Of a stretch of DNA of 54,972 nucleotides, positions 36,318 to 46,842 are shown in pieces. Source of the DNA: Chrysochromulina tobinii (lineage: Eukaryota); contig JWZX01003217.1 in assembly GCA_001275005.1 (NCBI GenBank), forward strand, positions 1-54,972, given 5' to 3'. Position numbers and translations under genes: made by a program. The notes beneath the pieces are model-generated. The model was not told the origin of the DNA. It worked only from the letters and a program-made list of their open reading frames with translations, and made no database searches. Position 1 is the stretch's first letter. The number at the start of each line of letters is the position of its first letter.

Positions 36318-39300
36318 ATGTCGCTTGTCACGGGGAGCATCAAGTTCTTCAGCGCCGACAAGGGCTATGGGTTTATCCTGCCTGACGACAGCTCTGGTGA
36401 CGTCTTCTTTCACCGCCACTCGCTTGCTGATCCAGGTTTGACATGATGCTCATTCCCCTTGGCCCTTTCCCGGACCTCGCTTCACCTTACGGACGGCTGG
36501 GTTCAGCGTTAGGCGACGGCCCGTGCGGGCTGTTTAACTTCGACTTTGCTTCGTTCTTGCCTTCTCAGGGGACTTCCAACTCTGTGTAGCTGGCGCTCGG
36601 GTGGAGTTTGAGTTCGAGTTTACAGACAACAAGCGGAAGGCGCCACGCGTCTTTCTCACCGATAAACCAGCGGGATATGGTTCTGTCACCGCCGTCGAAT
36701 CGTCAACTTTGCGCCCACGCGACTCACGAGGTGGCCCTTTGCTCTTCACTTTCCTTCCTCGTGTCCCCTTGCTCCACGCTCTGCAACTCGCTATGCCTCC
36801 TTAGCTTGCGCTTCCCTCTCCTCTCTCGTTACCACTACAGGAGGCAGCTCCGGCAGCTCTGCTCTCGATGGCGGCCGCGGCACTCGTGAGCGCGACCCTT
36901 CGTACGACTGGCCACCTCCCAGCTACTACGATCGGCCACCGACTGGCGACCGCCGCGCAGACCGCGAGCTCGATGCTCCCAGCTACTACGATCGGCCACC
37001 CCCAAGCGATCGACACCGCGAGCTCGGTCCGTCCAGCTACTACGATCGGCCACCGCCAAGCGATCGACACCGCGAGCTCGATGCTCCCAGCTACTACGAT
37101 CGGCCACCGCCATGCGATCGACACCGCGAGCTCGATGCTCCCAGCTACTATGATCGGCCACCGCCAAGCGATCGACACCGCGAGCTCGATCTGGGTCCGC
37201 CGTCCAGGGGCGGTGGAAGCTTCGGCTACCGGCGGGCCGAGCGCCCGATAGAGCGCCATGCCGAGCGCCCGATGGAGCGCCCGATAGAGCGCTATGCCGA
37301 GCGCCCAATAGAGCGCTATGCAGCGGGAGTCGAGGCAGGCATCAACAGCAGTCTTGCCTGCATGCTTGCAGGGGAATCGCGCCCCCATGACGGTCTTGCC
37401 GGTCTTGCCGTCCGTGCAAGCAATGCAGGGGAGTCGCGCCCCCATGACGGCGCGATGCTGGCCGACGCAGCCGCCAGCGTGGGCGTAGACAGTGGTGTCG
37501 ATCGTGAGAGCGGCGCACTTCTTGGCCTCGGTGGGGATTTTCGGCGCGAGGACGAGGAGGGCCAGATGCAATCGGATGCAATCAGATGCAATCAGACGAG
37601 GAGGGTCAGATGGCAATCAGACGAGGAGGGCCAGATGCAATCTGATGCAATCAGATGCAATCAGATGCAATCAGACGAGGAGGGCCAGGTGCAATCAGAT
37701 TCGATCAGATGCAATCAGATGCAATCAGACGAGGAGGGCCAGATTCGTGAAAGCGGTGCCAGTGGCGAGGGCCCGGCCGGCCAGGCAGTGGGCTCACTTG
37801 TGCCTGCCTCCCCCGTCGAGCACGTTGAGCCGTTCGATGAAGACGACGAGGGCGAGCAAGAGCGCAACCCGCGCAAGCGTTGGCGTGAGTCTGAGAGGCC
37901 TCTCTACGAGGACGACTCGGCTCGTGTGAATGTGAATGTGAATGAGAGGCCTCTCTACGAGGACGACTCGGCTCGTGTGCACGCGAGTGCCGCGGTGCCG
38001 ACGGGAGCGTTGCCCGCAGCGGCCGCCGAGAGGTGGGCATCGGGCGAGGCGTCGTCCTGGGCATCGGGCGAGGCCGCGCAGGCGCCGACGCCAGCGGCGC
38101 CCGAGATCAAGGTGCGAGTCTACCTGCCCGGCTGCGACACGCGCATCGACGTGCGTCTGTCGCTCACGGTGCAGCAAGTCCTCCGATGGGAGCAAACCAA
38201 GCGGCGCACGGAGGCGGAGGCCAAGAAGGTCAAGTACAATCCGAGCGAGGTGGCGGCCGCCTTCGTTGAGCATGTGCCGATGCCCCTCTCGCGTACCTTT
38301 GCTGAGCTCACCGAGGGCTCCTCCACAGGGTCCTCCACAGGGCCAGTCAAGGCCTTATGGGAGCTCAGGATCGAGCCCATCCCAATTGCCTCGCCTTGGG
38401 GCATCGAGGTGTGCCGTCGCACCCTGCTGCTTGCCCTCGCTGTGGCGGCCGCAAAGGTGCGGGGCGCGAGCGCGCCCACGGCGGCGCCCAACCGGCTTGG
38501 CGTGCTCGCGCTCAAAGCGGTGACCGCCAATGGCTTCTACCTCTCGCTCTGGCCGCCGCCCCAGCGCGAGAGTGAGCTGCGCAATCTCGCGACCGAGCTG
38601 CGCACCGCGCTCGGCGAGGTGATCAGCACTGAGATCCACACACGCACGCGCGTCCTGCTCGGCCCCGAGGCGCAGGCAAGTTTCCACAGGGCGGGGCTGC
38701 AGCTGGCTGAGCATATGGGCTCGCACGTCGGCGGCGCCTGCGCTTGTGTGCGACGTAGCGGAGGATCAGCTGCTGCTTGCGCATGGCTCGTACACCGCCT
38801 TCGCTCTCCCGTATACTTCTGACCTGCGTGGCTCGCACCTCGACGTGCACCCGGTCGCCTCGAGAGGTCTCTTCATCCACTTTGCGCCCCCTTCGCTCAC
38901 GCTGCTCCCCTTCGGTGCCCTCGAGCAGCGCGCGCTGCTCATCGCCATTGGGGAGATCGACGACCAGTCGCGCCTGTTGCAGGCGACGAGCGCTGCCAAG
39001 CTCAACGAGCTCGTCGACGCGGGCGAGCGCGCATGCAAGCGTCACATTGAGCTTGCCGAGGCGCATCTGGCGCGCCGGCTGAGTGGCTTCGCCGAACGCG
39101 TCTTTTCCCATCGGCCGCGGCTGCTGCTCATCTCGGTGCCTCCGTACGGCGGCCTCGAGTGGCTCGCCCATGCGCTTGAGCTGCAGCTGCGCGTGCGCGA
39201 GCTGCGTGGCGTGTGCATCGACGCCGCGCACTGGGCCAAGCCCGCGGGCGGCCTACGCGTCGCCGACCTGCGCACCGACCTCGCTACACTCTTCGGGAGC

Positions 39301-39975
39301 GGGCGCGTGGTGCTGCCGCGCGCTCGGCAGCACGAGGAGGGCGGCGCATCGGGCGGCGGCAGCCTGGGCGGCGGCAGCCTGGGCGAGGATGCGACCACGA
39401 TCGAGCTGCCCGCAGGTGGGTACGTGATGCTGTACGGCGAGCGGTTGCAGGAGGAGCTCGCGCAGGCCGCGACCCCCGAGGGGACGGGCGTGCCGGGGGC
39501 GGGTGTGCTCGATGATCTGCCCAAGCCGCACTTCCGTGTGCAGGCGCTCCCGCTCTGCTCCGTCGTCCTCGACGAGCATGCTTGTGTCGGTGGCGGCGGC
39601 TTCCTACTCCTGCGCATGCTCGCTATGGCGCGCGCCTCGGGCGGGAGCGCCGTGGGTGCGCTGCGCGCGTGGGGGCGCCTCCGGCCCGTCGAGCGCGAGC
39701 GTGCCTCGGAGCATATCGACTTGACCGCCGTGGGCGCCGCCGTGCTCAACGAGTGGAAGCCGCTCAACTTTTCGTTCGCGTACGAACTCAACCTCTACGC
39801 GCACCTGCTCACGCCGCTGCTGCGTGCGGTGCCGGTAGGCGATGAGATCTACGCCGAGGCGCGCCGGTTGCTTGACCTGCTCAGCGAGCTGCACGCGATG
39901 CCGCTCGAATACGTGCCCGCCCACTCGCCTGTCCGAGGCTTCTGCGGAGGCTCGTGGATGCCACCACGTCTCTGA
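36318..39975 (+). CDS. Cold-shock domain + repeats + ThrRS-N-like + degenerate uridine/nucleoside-kinase fusion (one apparent frameshift)
   Basis: CSD GSIKFFSADKGYGFILPDD..DVFFH, split by introns 36436-36568 and 36731-36840 and missed by the ORF track; frame continuous to about 38745. C-terminal FAYELN....PLLRAV....YAEARRLLDLL....VP.HSPVRGFCGGS matches bacterial ThrRS-N/uridine-kinase fusions. Confidence 0.65.
36917..37190 (+). repeat. Coding 54-nt tandem repeat (about 5 copies; RELDAPSYYDRPPPSDRH)
   Basis: Repeated ccgcgagctcgatgctcccagctactacgatcggccacc; no unique spacers. Confidence 0.9.
37551..37742 (+). repeat. Five copies of GACGAGGAGGG(C/T)CAG interleaved with GATGCAATCA filler; probably intronic
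   Basis: Copies at 37551, 37595, 37620, 37674 and 37728; one is followed by a GT donor at 37689. Confidence 0.8.
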
Positions 39976-40376
39976 CACACCGGCATGCATGGGGATTGGG
40001 GTCGATGTCACTCGAATTCGGGAGCACCACGTACGATTAGGATCTGGTACCATCTACATAGATGTTTGGCTTAACGAGAGACGAGCGTGTTATTTGGTAT
40101 TTTTGTTATAATGAATAATCATCCAAAGCGTGCGGGGCCGCGTGGGCGGTGGAGGCCTTCTCGCTCACGCGCGTTCGAATGCCGTACAATGTATGCCGGT
40201 TATTGAAATGCGGGGGATACCGCTTACCAGGATCGATCATATTACAGTACAATTAACAGCCAGGCCATGTCAGTTCACAGCCAATGTTTATAATTCGTTC
40301 ACACTGCTCGGAAGGCCTGTGCAACCCTGGGGGCTTCGCGGTGATCTCGAGATACAAGTAACGCGCCGCGGTTTTC

Positions 40377-41079
40377 ATGATCGCGACGATGGCGGCGATC
40401 GTGGCTGCGCTGCTGCCGCAACCACCCGCACTGTGCACTCGGCGTGTTTGGCTCACGTTAGGAGGTATGGCTGCTATTGCGCTGCCAAATCCCACGAGCG
40501 CTGCATCCGGCCCCATCAGCGAGGGCGTGCGTACACGGAGTGGCCTATTGTACATGGACTTCAAGGAGGGCAGTGGGTCCACGCCGCGGTTCGGCCAATT
40601 GCTGCGGTTTCACTACGTTGGATACGCGCCGAACACGCAGAAGAGGACGCTCGTCAGCTTCGACTCGTCGTACGATCGCCGCTCTGCATATCTCGTGAAG
40701 CATGGAAATGGGTTCACGTGCCAGGGCATTGAGGAGGCGCTGCACACCATGCGCGTCGGCGGCCGCCGACGAGTGGTATTGCCTCCAGCGTTAGGGTACA
40801 CAGCCGATAAGGGCCCGATGCCGCCCGGTGCCGGAGCGCGCAGCAAGCTCTTCGATGCGGTGACCGCAGGCGAGCCACTGATCTTCGACCTCGAGCTGGT
40901 GTCGATCATGGATGATTTGCTCGACCGAGGCGATTACGACGACTTGGTGCGCTTGCGGAGTCTCGCAACGTTTGCTCTGCCGCAGGTCTCATGTGACGGT
41001 TGCGAGTCTCGTGTGGGAGCGCTCGCAGGATGTGGACGATCTCCAGGCGCGCTTTAAGGAGGACCGGATCCAAAGTTGA
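40377..41079 (+). CDS. FKBP-type peptidyl-prolyl isomerase, probably thylakoid lumen
   Basis: SGLLYMDFKEGSG..P, HYVGY, FDSSYDR, GIEEAL.TMRVGGRRRVVLPPALGY, LIFDLELV; signal peptide then TRR + hydrophobic stretch (Tat-like); intron 40947-41028. Confidence 0.85.
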
Positions 41080-41587
41080 GCCCTGAGCGGACCAGCGGAC
41101 CAGCGGACCCGGCGGCGGGCTGTGTACTCGCGAGGCGAATGGGTCTGCAAGTGTTTCGTCTCACAGCCGAGAGCGAGGCGACTCGCAGAGCCCCAGTGAA
41201 GGAGCAGTCGCGCGCGGCGCGCGCGCGCGCGCGCTTGGACACAGCCTGACCGCGCGCAGACCGGCGCGCGCGGGGAGAGTGCGCAGTGCACCGCGGTCGC
41301 GGGGTGGGCGCGGGTGACGGATTGGAGTCGCCCCCCCAGGCGCGAAAGTGTCTCTGATGCGTTACTAACACCGTAGCTACGACAAGATTTCGTTTTCCTA
41401 TGAATCAAGGGATCCTGGCGATTAATCCCGGTGCCATGTTCCTCCTAGGAAGGCTTTCGTGCGGCCCCCGAAGTATTCATTTTTAAGAGGGACCGCTCGC
41501 TTTTTCGTTCACGTAAAAAAGAGTCAGCGCCATGGAGAAAGGGTCCCTCTCGACCCCTCGACCCGCTCGCGAGCGTGGGTTCTCCTC

Positions 41588-43489
41588 ATGCACGTGCCGC
41601 TTTTATCGATCGCTTGGTCGCTTCCAGCCGCTCGGCATCCGCCACTTCGTCTCACTCTGCCCAAAGAGATCGTAGTCATTGGCGGCGGCTGGGCTGGGTA
41701 TTCAGCTGCGGATGCACTGTCCGCAGACACCAGCTGCCACGTGACCTTGCTAGATGCATCATCGGCTGTGGGTGGGCTAGCTGGTGGTTGGAGGACGCCT
41801 GGTGGGCGACCCATTGAAGCTGGAATCCACGGCTTCTGGCGCGAGTACAAGAATACGTTTCGCGTCCTTGAGTCGCTCGGCATCCAAGCTGATGAAGTGT
41901 TGACGCCCTTCACGCCTTCGGCGCTCGTGAGCAAGGCGGGCAAGGTGGCCACCGCGCCTGTTCTGGCGACCGACGATGACGCCGGCACCGCGGGCGCGGT
42001 GCCTTCGCCGAAGGCTCTGCTCGAGCTGCTTCGCTTCTCGCCACTCGCCGGCTTTCAGCAGCTCGTAGCTGCGGCGGCTCCTCCTGCACGGCTGCTCGAC
42101 CTGCTGCCTCCGCCTCTCGACACGGCGCTACTCGCCAACTTTGCGTCCACGCGGCTGACACCACTGGACCGCGCATCCGCGGTCGGACTGGCCGCCGCGT
42201 GGGCAGACTTTGATCAGTCCGATGCTGCCTCATGGGCACGCTACGATCAGCTGAGCGCGGAGACGCTCTTCAAGAAGTATGGCGGCGTCACCAACGCGCT
42301 GTACGAGGAGCTCGTCGCGCCGCTGCTGCACGTGCTGCCTATGGGCCCCGGGTATGATCTCTCGGCGGCGGCGGCGCTCTCGTGCTTCCATGTGTTTGCA
42401 TTACAGTCACGCGGTGCCTTTGATGTGCGCTGGTGTCGTGGCAGCATCGCGGAGAAGATCTTTGCGCCGTGGCGAAAGAAGCTACTTGCACGGGGCGTCA
42501 CCGTGCAGAACAGCGCCCGCGTAAGCACGATCACTCGCGATGGCGAGGAGGCCGCCGCCACCCCTTACGCCACCCCTTACGCCACTCCTCCATCGGGGCG
42601 CCTGGTCGTGCGCGTGGAGGGCAGCTCCGAGCTTCTCCTCGCCGACGCGGTGGTGCTTGCTGTGGGGGCCGTGTCCGCCGGCCGCCTCGCCGACGTGTCG
42701 CCCGTCTTGGGCTCGTTGCCGGCGGCGCGCAAGTTTAGAGGTCTGCGCGGCGTCACATGCGTGGCGGTTCGCCTCTTCTTGCAGCCCGCTGCGGAGCGGA
42801 CGCGTCAGCTCTCGGGCGGCATCTGTGACTCCACCTTGCTGCCACCGGCGGTCGCGCGCGCCATGGCCGACAGCCCGGTGCTCGTCGTCGGTCCACACGT
42901 TGGCGGCATGAGCGAGCTCGTGGAGACGGGGTTCTGCGTGTACGACCTGCAGCGGCTGCACAACGAGCATGCGGACGGCGAGCTGGCGGTGATGGAGGTT
43001 GACTTTTACCGTGCGGATGCGCTCGCCGCGATCGAGTCAGACGAGGCCCTCGGCGCCCTCGCACTGAGGGCGGCGGCCGCCGCGATGCAGCTCGATCCAT
43101 CGGTGCTCGACCCGTCACTCCTCGTCGATGTCGCGGTCGTGCGAGCCCGGAACGCCGTGTCGCACTTTGCGGTGGGCTCAGCCGCGCTTTCGCCAGGGGT
43201 GAGGCTGGGCTCTGGCGTGTACTGCTGCGGCGATTGGGTCGACCGGAGCGGCCACGCGTCGTGGTCGACCGAGAAGAGCGTCGTGACGGGCCGCCAAGTG
43301 GCGGCGGCCGTCGGGCGCGACCTCGGGCTTCGCGCCGTTGATGGGGCTGTCATTGATCCCGCGCCGGATGCCCCACCCTTGCAGGCCTTGAGGCAGATCG
43401 CCAGGGCTGCCCGCGCCTCGGGAACGCCCTTGTTCCTCTCCGAGGGCGAGCAGCTGCCGCGGCCTGCGCCGTGGGCGTCGCTACTGTGA
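41588..43489 (+). CDS. FAD-dependent oxidoreductase (amine oxidase / carotenoid desaturase-like superfamily), likely plastid
   Basis: IVVIGGGWAG, GGLAGGWRT, EAGIHGFWREY.N, ADAVVLAVG, CGDWV..WSTEKSVVTG. Confidence 0.8.
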   Translation: MHVPLLSIAWSLPAARHPPLRLTLPKEIVVIGGGWAGYSAADALSADTSCHVTLLDASSAVGGLAGGWRTPGGRPIEAGIHGFWREYKNTFRVLESLGIQADEVLTPFTPSALVSKAGKVATAPVLATDDDAGTAGAVPSPKALLELLRFSPLAGFQQLVAAAAPPARLLDLLPPPLDTALLANFASTRLTPLDRASAVGLAAAWADFDQSDAASWARYDQLSAETLFKKYGGVTNALYEELVAPLLHVLPMGPGYDLSAAAALSCFHVFALQSRGAFDVRWCRGSIAEKIFAPWRKKLLARGVTVQNSARVSTITRDGEEAAATPYATPYATPPSGRLVVRVEGSSELLLADAVVLAVGAVSAGRLADVSPVLGSLPAARKFRGLRGVTCVAVRLFLQPAAERTRQLSGGICDSTLLPPAVARAMADSPVLVVGPHVGGMSELVETGFCVYDLQRLHNEHADGELAVMEVDFYRADALAAIESDEALGALALRAAAAAMQLDPSVLDPSLLVDVAVVRARNAVSHFAVGSAALSPGVRLGSGVYCCGDWVDRSGHASWSTEKSVVTGRQVAAAVGRDLGLRAVDGAVIDPAPDAPPLQALRQIARAARASGTPLFLSEGEQLPRPAPWASLL

Positions 43490-43949
43490 GAGGGGAGAGA
43501 GAAGGGAGAGAGAGAGAGAGAGGGCCGCGTGGCCAATATTGCACGGCACATTTGACATCGTACGTTTCTACCCGACCCTTGACGTGAGTTCTGAGTGTGT
43601 CATACGTCGAGACGCTAGTACCAACGAAGTACGACTTCTCGCTGCGGGTGTGGTGCCGTGTGCGGTGTCCAGCCACCCGGGCGCCCACACCGGACCGGAC
43701 CCCGCGGCCCCCTCCCGACCGTCACCGCGTGGTAAGTAGCGTAGAGCGTGCCGGCCGAGGGGGGCTCTGGGCCAAGGCTGGGCGTAGTACACGCCGGTAA
43801 ACGCGGCTACGCGGGCGCCATGCCTTGCACAGCCCGGAAACGTCTCAACAGCGTCTCGATATTAATAAAGTAACCCCACCGATCTCATGCCTCCCCCCAG
43901 CCTCCCCCACCTGCCACCTCCTCGCCGCCGTTCCCGCGAAGCGAATCTC

Positions 43950-45167
43950 TCAGACCTCCTGTGGCACGGCGGCGCCGACCGTGGCACCGACTGCCGCCAA
44001 AGGCAATGCCTCCTGATGAGCATCCTCAGCCACATCGTCCACCGAAAGCTCTCGGATAGACGCCACGTCGGTGGTCAGGCATGCCGGGTTGACGCCCGCT
44101 TTGTGCGCAGCGAGGAGGCCGAGCGCTTCCATGTAGTTATTAACGACTACCACGCCAGAGGCGCGGAGCGCGGCCGCCGAGACATCGAGCGCGCACGTAT
44201 TTTCCTCGACAGCGACGACCAGCGAGCGCGTACCGAGCCGCGCCATCACCGCGGCCCCTCCGCACGCGCCAGCAGGCACGACGATGGCATCGATGTCGTC
44301 GCTCCACAGGTCGCCTGGCAACGGCCGCTCGGACCCATCGAGCAGCGCGGGCGCGCGAGCAAGGTTCACGAGCACGCACGGGAGGAACGTGTGCCCCAGC
44401 TCCTCGGCGCACGTGCGCGGCGAGAGCTCCGGCTCCAGATCGATCGGCCCGAGGGCCGGTGCATGCGCACATGGCAGCTGCAGCTCCTTTGTGATCAGGT
44501 GCGAGATGACGGCCTCGACGCCGCCCACAGAGTCGACACCGCTGCCAGCACGGTACTCGGCCAGCATCTCCTCGTCCTCATCGTCGGGCATGCGCGTGAC
44601 CACCGCAATCGCCGTGCAGCCTGCATCCCGAAGACGCCGTGCGGCCTCGAGGAGCAAATCGGGGCGGCCGAGCGTGCCCCAGCTTGCGCCCGCCGCAGAG
44701 AGTCGAAGCTCCACCTCAAGGGGCGCCGCTGTTGTCGCGTACGCTGCAACGTTGACGCCGAGGGTCGCGCGCGTAGCATCAGCGGCCTGCAAGTGGCGCA
44801 AGCGCAACTCGGGCTCGATGGCAGCGTCAAGCAGGAGCCCCACGCGCTGGGAAGTCACAGGCCTCAGCCCCCACCGACCGGCGGCGAACTCGTCGAGGGC
44901 ATATCCCTCGACATACTGCAGCGCAGGGTGGGGCCAGTAGAGCATCGCGCCGTTCATCACATTGGGATGGGTGATTACCCGGTCTGCCACGCCTGTAAAA
45001 GCACGTGCCACAGGCAGTGCGTCGCCCGCGAATCCGCCTATGGCGGCACCGATGCCTGTAGGTACAACCAGAACTGCCGTATATGGCGACGACGTTAGGC
45101 GTGGTGGCGCTCGCTCAAGTGGAGCGCGCAAGGCCACTGTCATCAGAAAGCAAAGCCCCGCAGCCAT
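43950..45167 (-). CDS. DUF3326 family protein (cyanobacterial/plastid type)
   Basis: VLVVPTGIGAAIGGFAGDALPVAR, ITHPNVMNGA.LYW, YVEGYALDEF, GGVEAVISHL, AEELGHTFLPCVL. Confidence 0.8.
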   Translation of the reverse strand: MAAGLCFLMTVALRAPLERAPPRLTSSPYTAVLVVPTGIGAAIGGFAGDALPVARAFTGVADRVITHPNVMNGAMLYWPHPALQYVEGYALDEFAAGRWGLRPVTSQRVGLLLDAAIEPELRLRHLQAADATRATLGVNVAAYATTAAPLEVELRLSAAGASWGTLGRPDLLLEAARRLRDAGCTAIAVVTRMPDDEDEEMLAEYRAGSGVDSVGGVEAVISHLITKELQLPCAHAPALGPIDLEPELSPRTCAEELGHTFLPCVLVNLARAPALLDGSERPLPGDLWSDDIDAIVVPAGACGGAAVMARLGTRSLVVAVEENTCALDVSAAALRASGVVVVNNYMEALGLLAAHKAGVNPACLTTDVASIRELSVDDVAEDAHQEALPLAAVGATVGAAVPQEV

Positions 45168-45399
45168 GTTAGGTTGGAGCTCTGATGAAACTTCATCATC
45201 ACCTCTCCCCCCCCCCCCGTCACGCATTCAACTGAGCATTCAACATACGGATAACACAATAAGCATGGTTCAACCTTTCACCTACGGATGGCGGACGCGC
45301 ATACAGACCCGTAGACAGGATCACATAACATTACAGAGCGAGAGACTTCTACGAGTACGATCGCCGGAACTTACATGTACTTGTAAGCTTCTAAGCTTC

Positions 45400-46470
45400 C
45401 TAAGGTGAGGACGGCGGCCGTGGCGGTGGCGACGGACTGAGGCCTTCGAAGCCCTTTTGCGTCCAATCGTACAGCAGATAGAGCCCGACGCCGGCGAGCA
45501 GGATTGGGCTAAAGAAGCACAGGCTCCTGAGTGCGATCATCGCCTTGGACGTCCTGATCTTCTCCAAGGCGGACGCGTCGGCTGGCAATGGGTCGTTGCG
45601 GGGCAGCGTGTCCAAGCAAGGCGCGAAGATGAACAGTGAGGTGGCTATGACGCGTGGCCCATACCGGTTGCGGTGGAGAAAGCGGTTCACGCAGTAGCAG
45701 CAGCAGCACAGGCAGATCAGAGCCAGCCCGAGGACAACGAGAAGGACCACCAATCCGACCTTCAGGCAGCCGCCCTCCTCGTCTTCAGCAGCGGTCCTGT
45801 TGCCGCCGCTGTACACGAGGCATCGGTCAGTGGCCGTGGCTTCGCGCGGAGACGCCGGCGCTGGTGGAAATCGCGGACTTGGCAGCGGTGGCGGCAGACG
45901 CGGCGGCGGCCGGTTCGGCGGCGGCGGACTCGGCGGCGGCGGCCCCTCGCTCCAGACAATCACAGCGGACGTCGTCACCAGCACGTAGTCGTTGTTTGTG
46001 ATAAGAGAGGAGTTGCACGCGAGCGCCGCACAGATCTGGTACTGGCCAGTTGGCAGCACGCTCTGGCTGCTGGTGCGCAAGTCCACGAATGCGGGATAGG
46101 AAGAGTGTTGAATGGGGCCACCGAACGACGTTGGTGCTCCAGACCCGAAGATGGTGCAACTTCCGTCGTTTGTCACGGCCATGACGCGAACGGCGTTGGC
46201 CGTGGAGGTCAAGACGTTCTGCGCGTCCGCTGCTGAGGCCCACGAAGATCTGTTGATGGTGAGGCGATTCGCCGCAGCCTGATATAAGTTTATCTGTCCG
46301 GTCCTTGAAGCTGCGGTGTTGAAGCCGTTGTTGCTGGCACCGAATGTATAGCTGGATAGGTCCCTGGCGCATGCCGCTTCTGCGGTCCACGTGCGTAGCA
46401 GAAGCAGAAAGAGCGCGAGCCCATTGCCGATGTCGGAGCGGTGTGGGGCGCTTGTACGCGGGGGAAGCAT
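45400..46470 (-). CDS. Membrane protein with signal-like N-terminus, PPSPP linker and C-terminal TM segments; function unknown
   Basis: 356-aa ATG ORF; hydrophobic segments, Cys-rich juxtamembrane CCCC. Confidence 0.6.
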   Translation of the reverse strand: MLPPRTSAPHRSDIGNGLALFLLLLRTWTAEAACARDLSSYTFGASNNGFNTAASRTGQINLYQAAANRLTINRSSWASAADAQNVLTSTANAVRVMAVTNDGSCTIFGSGAPTSFGGPIQHSSYPAFVDLRTSSQSVLPTGQYQICAALACNSSLITNNDYVLVTTSAVIVWSEGPPPPSPPPPNRPPPRLPPPLPSPRFPPAPASPREATATDRCLVYSGGNRTAAEDEEGGCLKVGLVVLLVVLGLALICLCCCCYCVNRFLHRNRYGPRVIATSLFIFAPCLDTLPRNDPLPADASALEKIRTSKAMIALRSLCFFSPILLAGVGLYLLYDWTQKGFEGLSPSPPPRPPSSP

Positions 46471-46483
46471 CTCTCTCGCACAC

Positions 46484-46635
46484 CTCGCCCTGGCGCCTTG
46501 GCTCCTAATCCTGTTTTGGGTTGTGTTTCATGGTCCGCAACGCGCGGAAAAACATATTGCAACTCTCTCGCCCTGGCGCCTGGTTCCCAATCCTGTTTTG
46601 GGTTGTGTTTCATGGCGCGCGTCGCGCGGAAAAAC
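46484..46635. repeat. Two imperfect ~70-nt direct repeats in a divergent promoter region
   Basis: ctcgccctggcgcc...aatcctgttttgggttgtgtttcatgg...cgcgcggaaaaac at 46484 and 46567. Confidence 0.85.
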
Positions 46636-46842
46636 TTTCATAAAAACTCGTCACAAATGATGATGTCGGGGGGAAGAGATTGCTGAAAAGGGCTCAAAAA
46701 GGGCACAGCGAGAGTTTCTGTCAGGGGCCCTGGAGGGTGTGTGAGGGTGTGAGGGGTGGTTTTTTTCGTGCTGAACGAGGGAAAAAGTATGAATTTTGTG
46801 TTTCCATGAAGAGCACAGAGGCGGCCGCGGAAGAGCGTACAG

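Noticed and set aside
36917..37190. Possible CRISPR-like array
   Set aside because: Contiguous 54-nt in-frame coding repeats with no unique spacers, no cas genes and a eukaryotic context.
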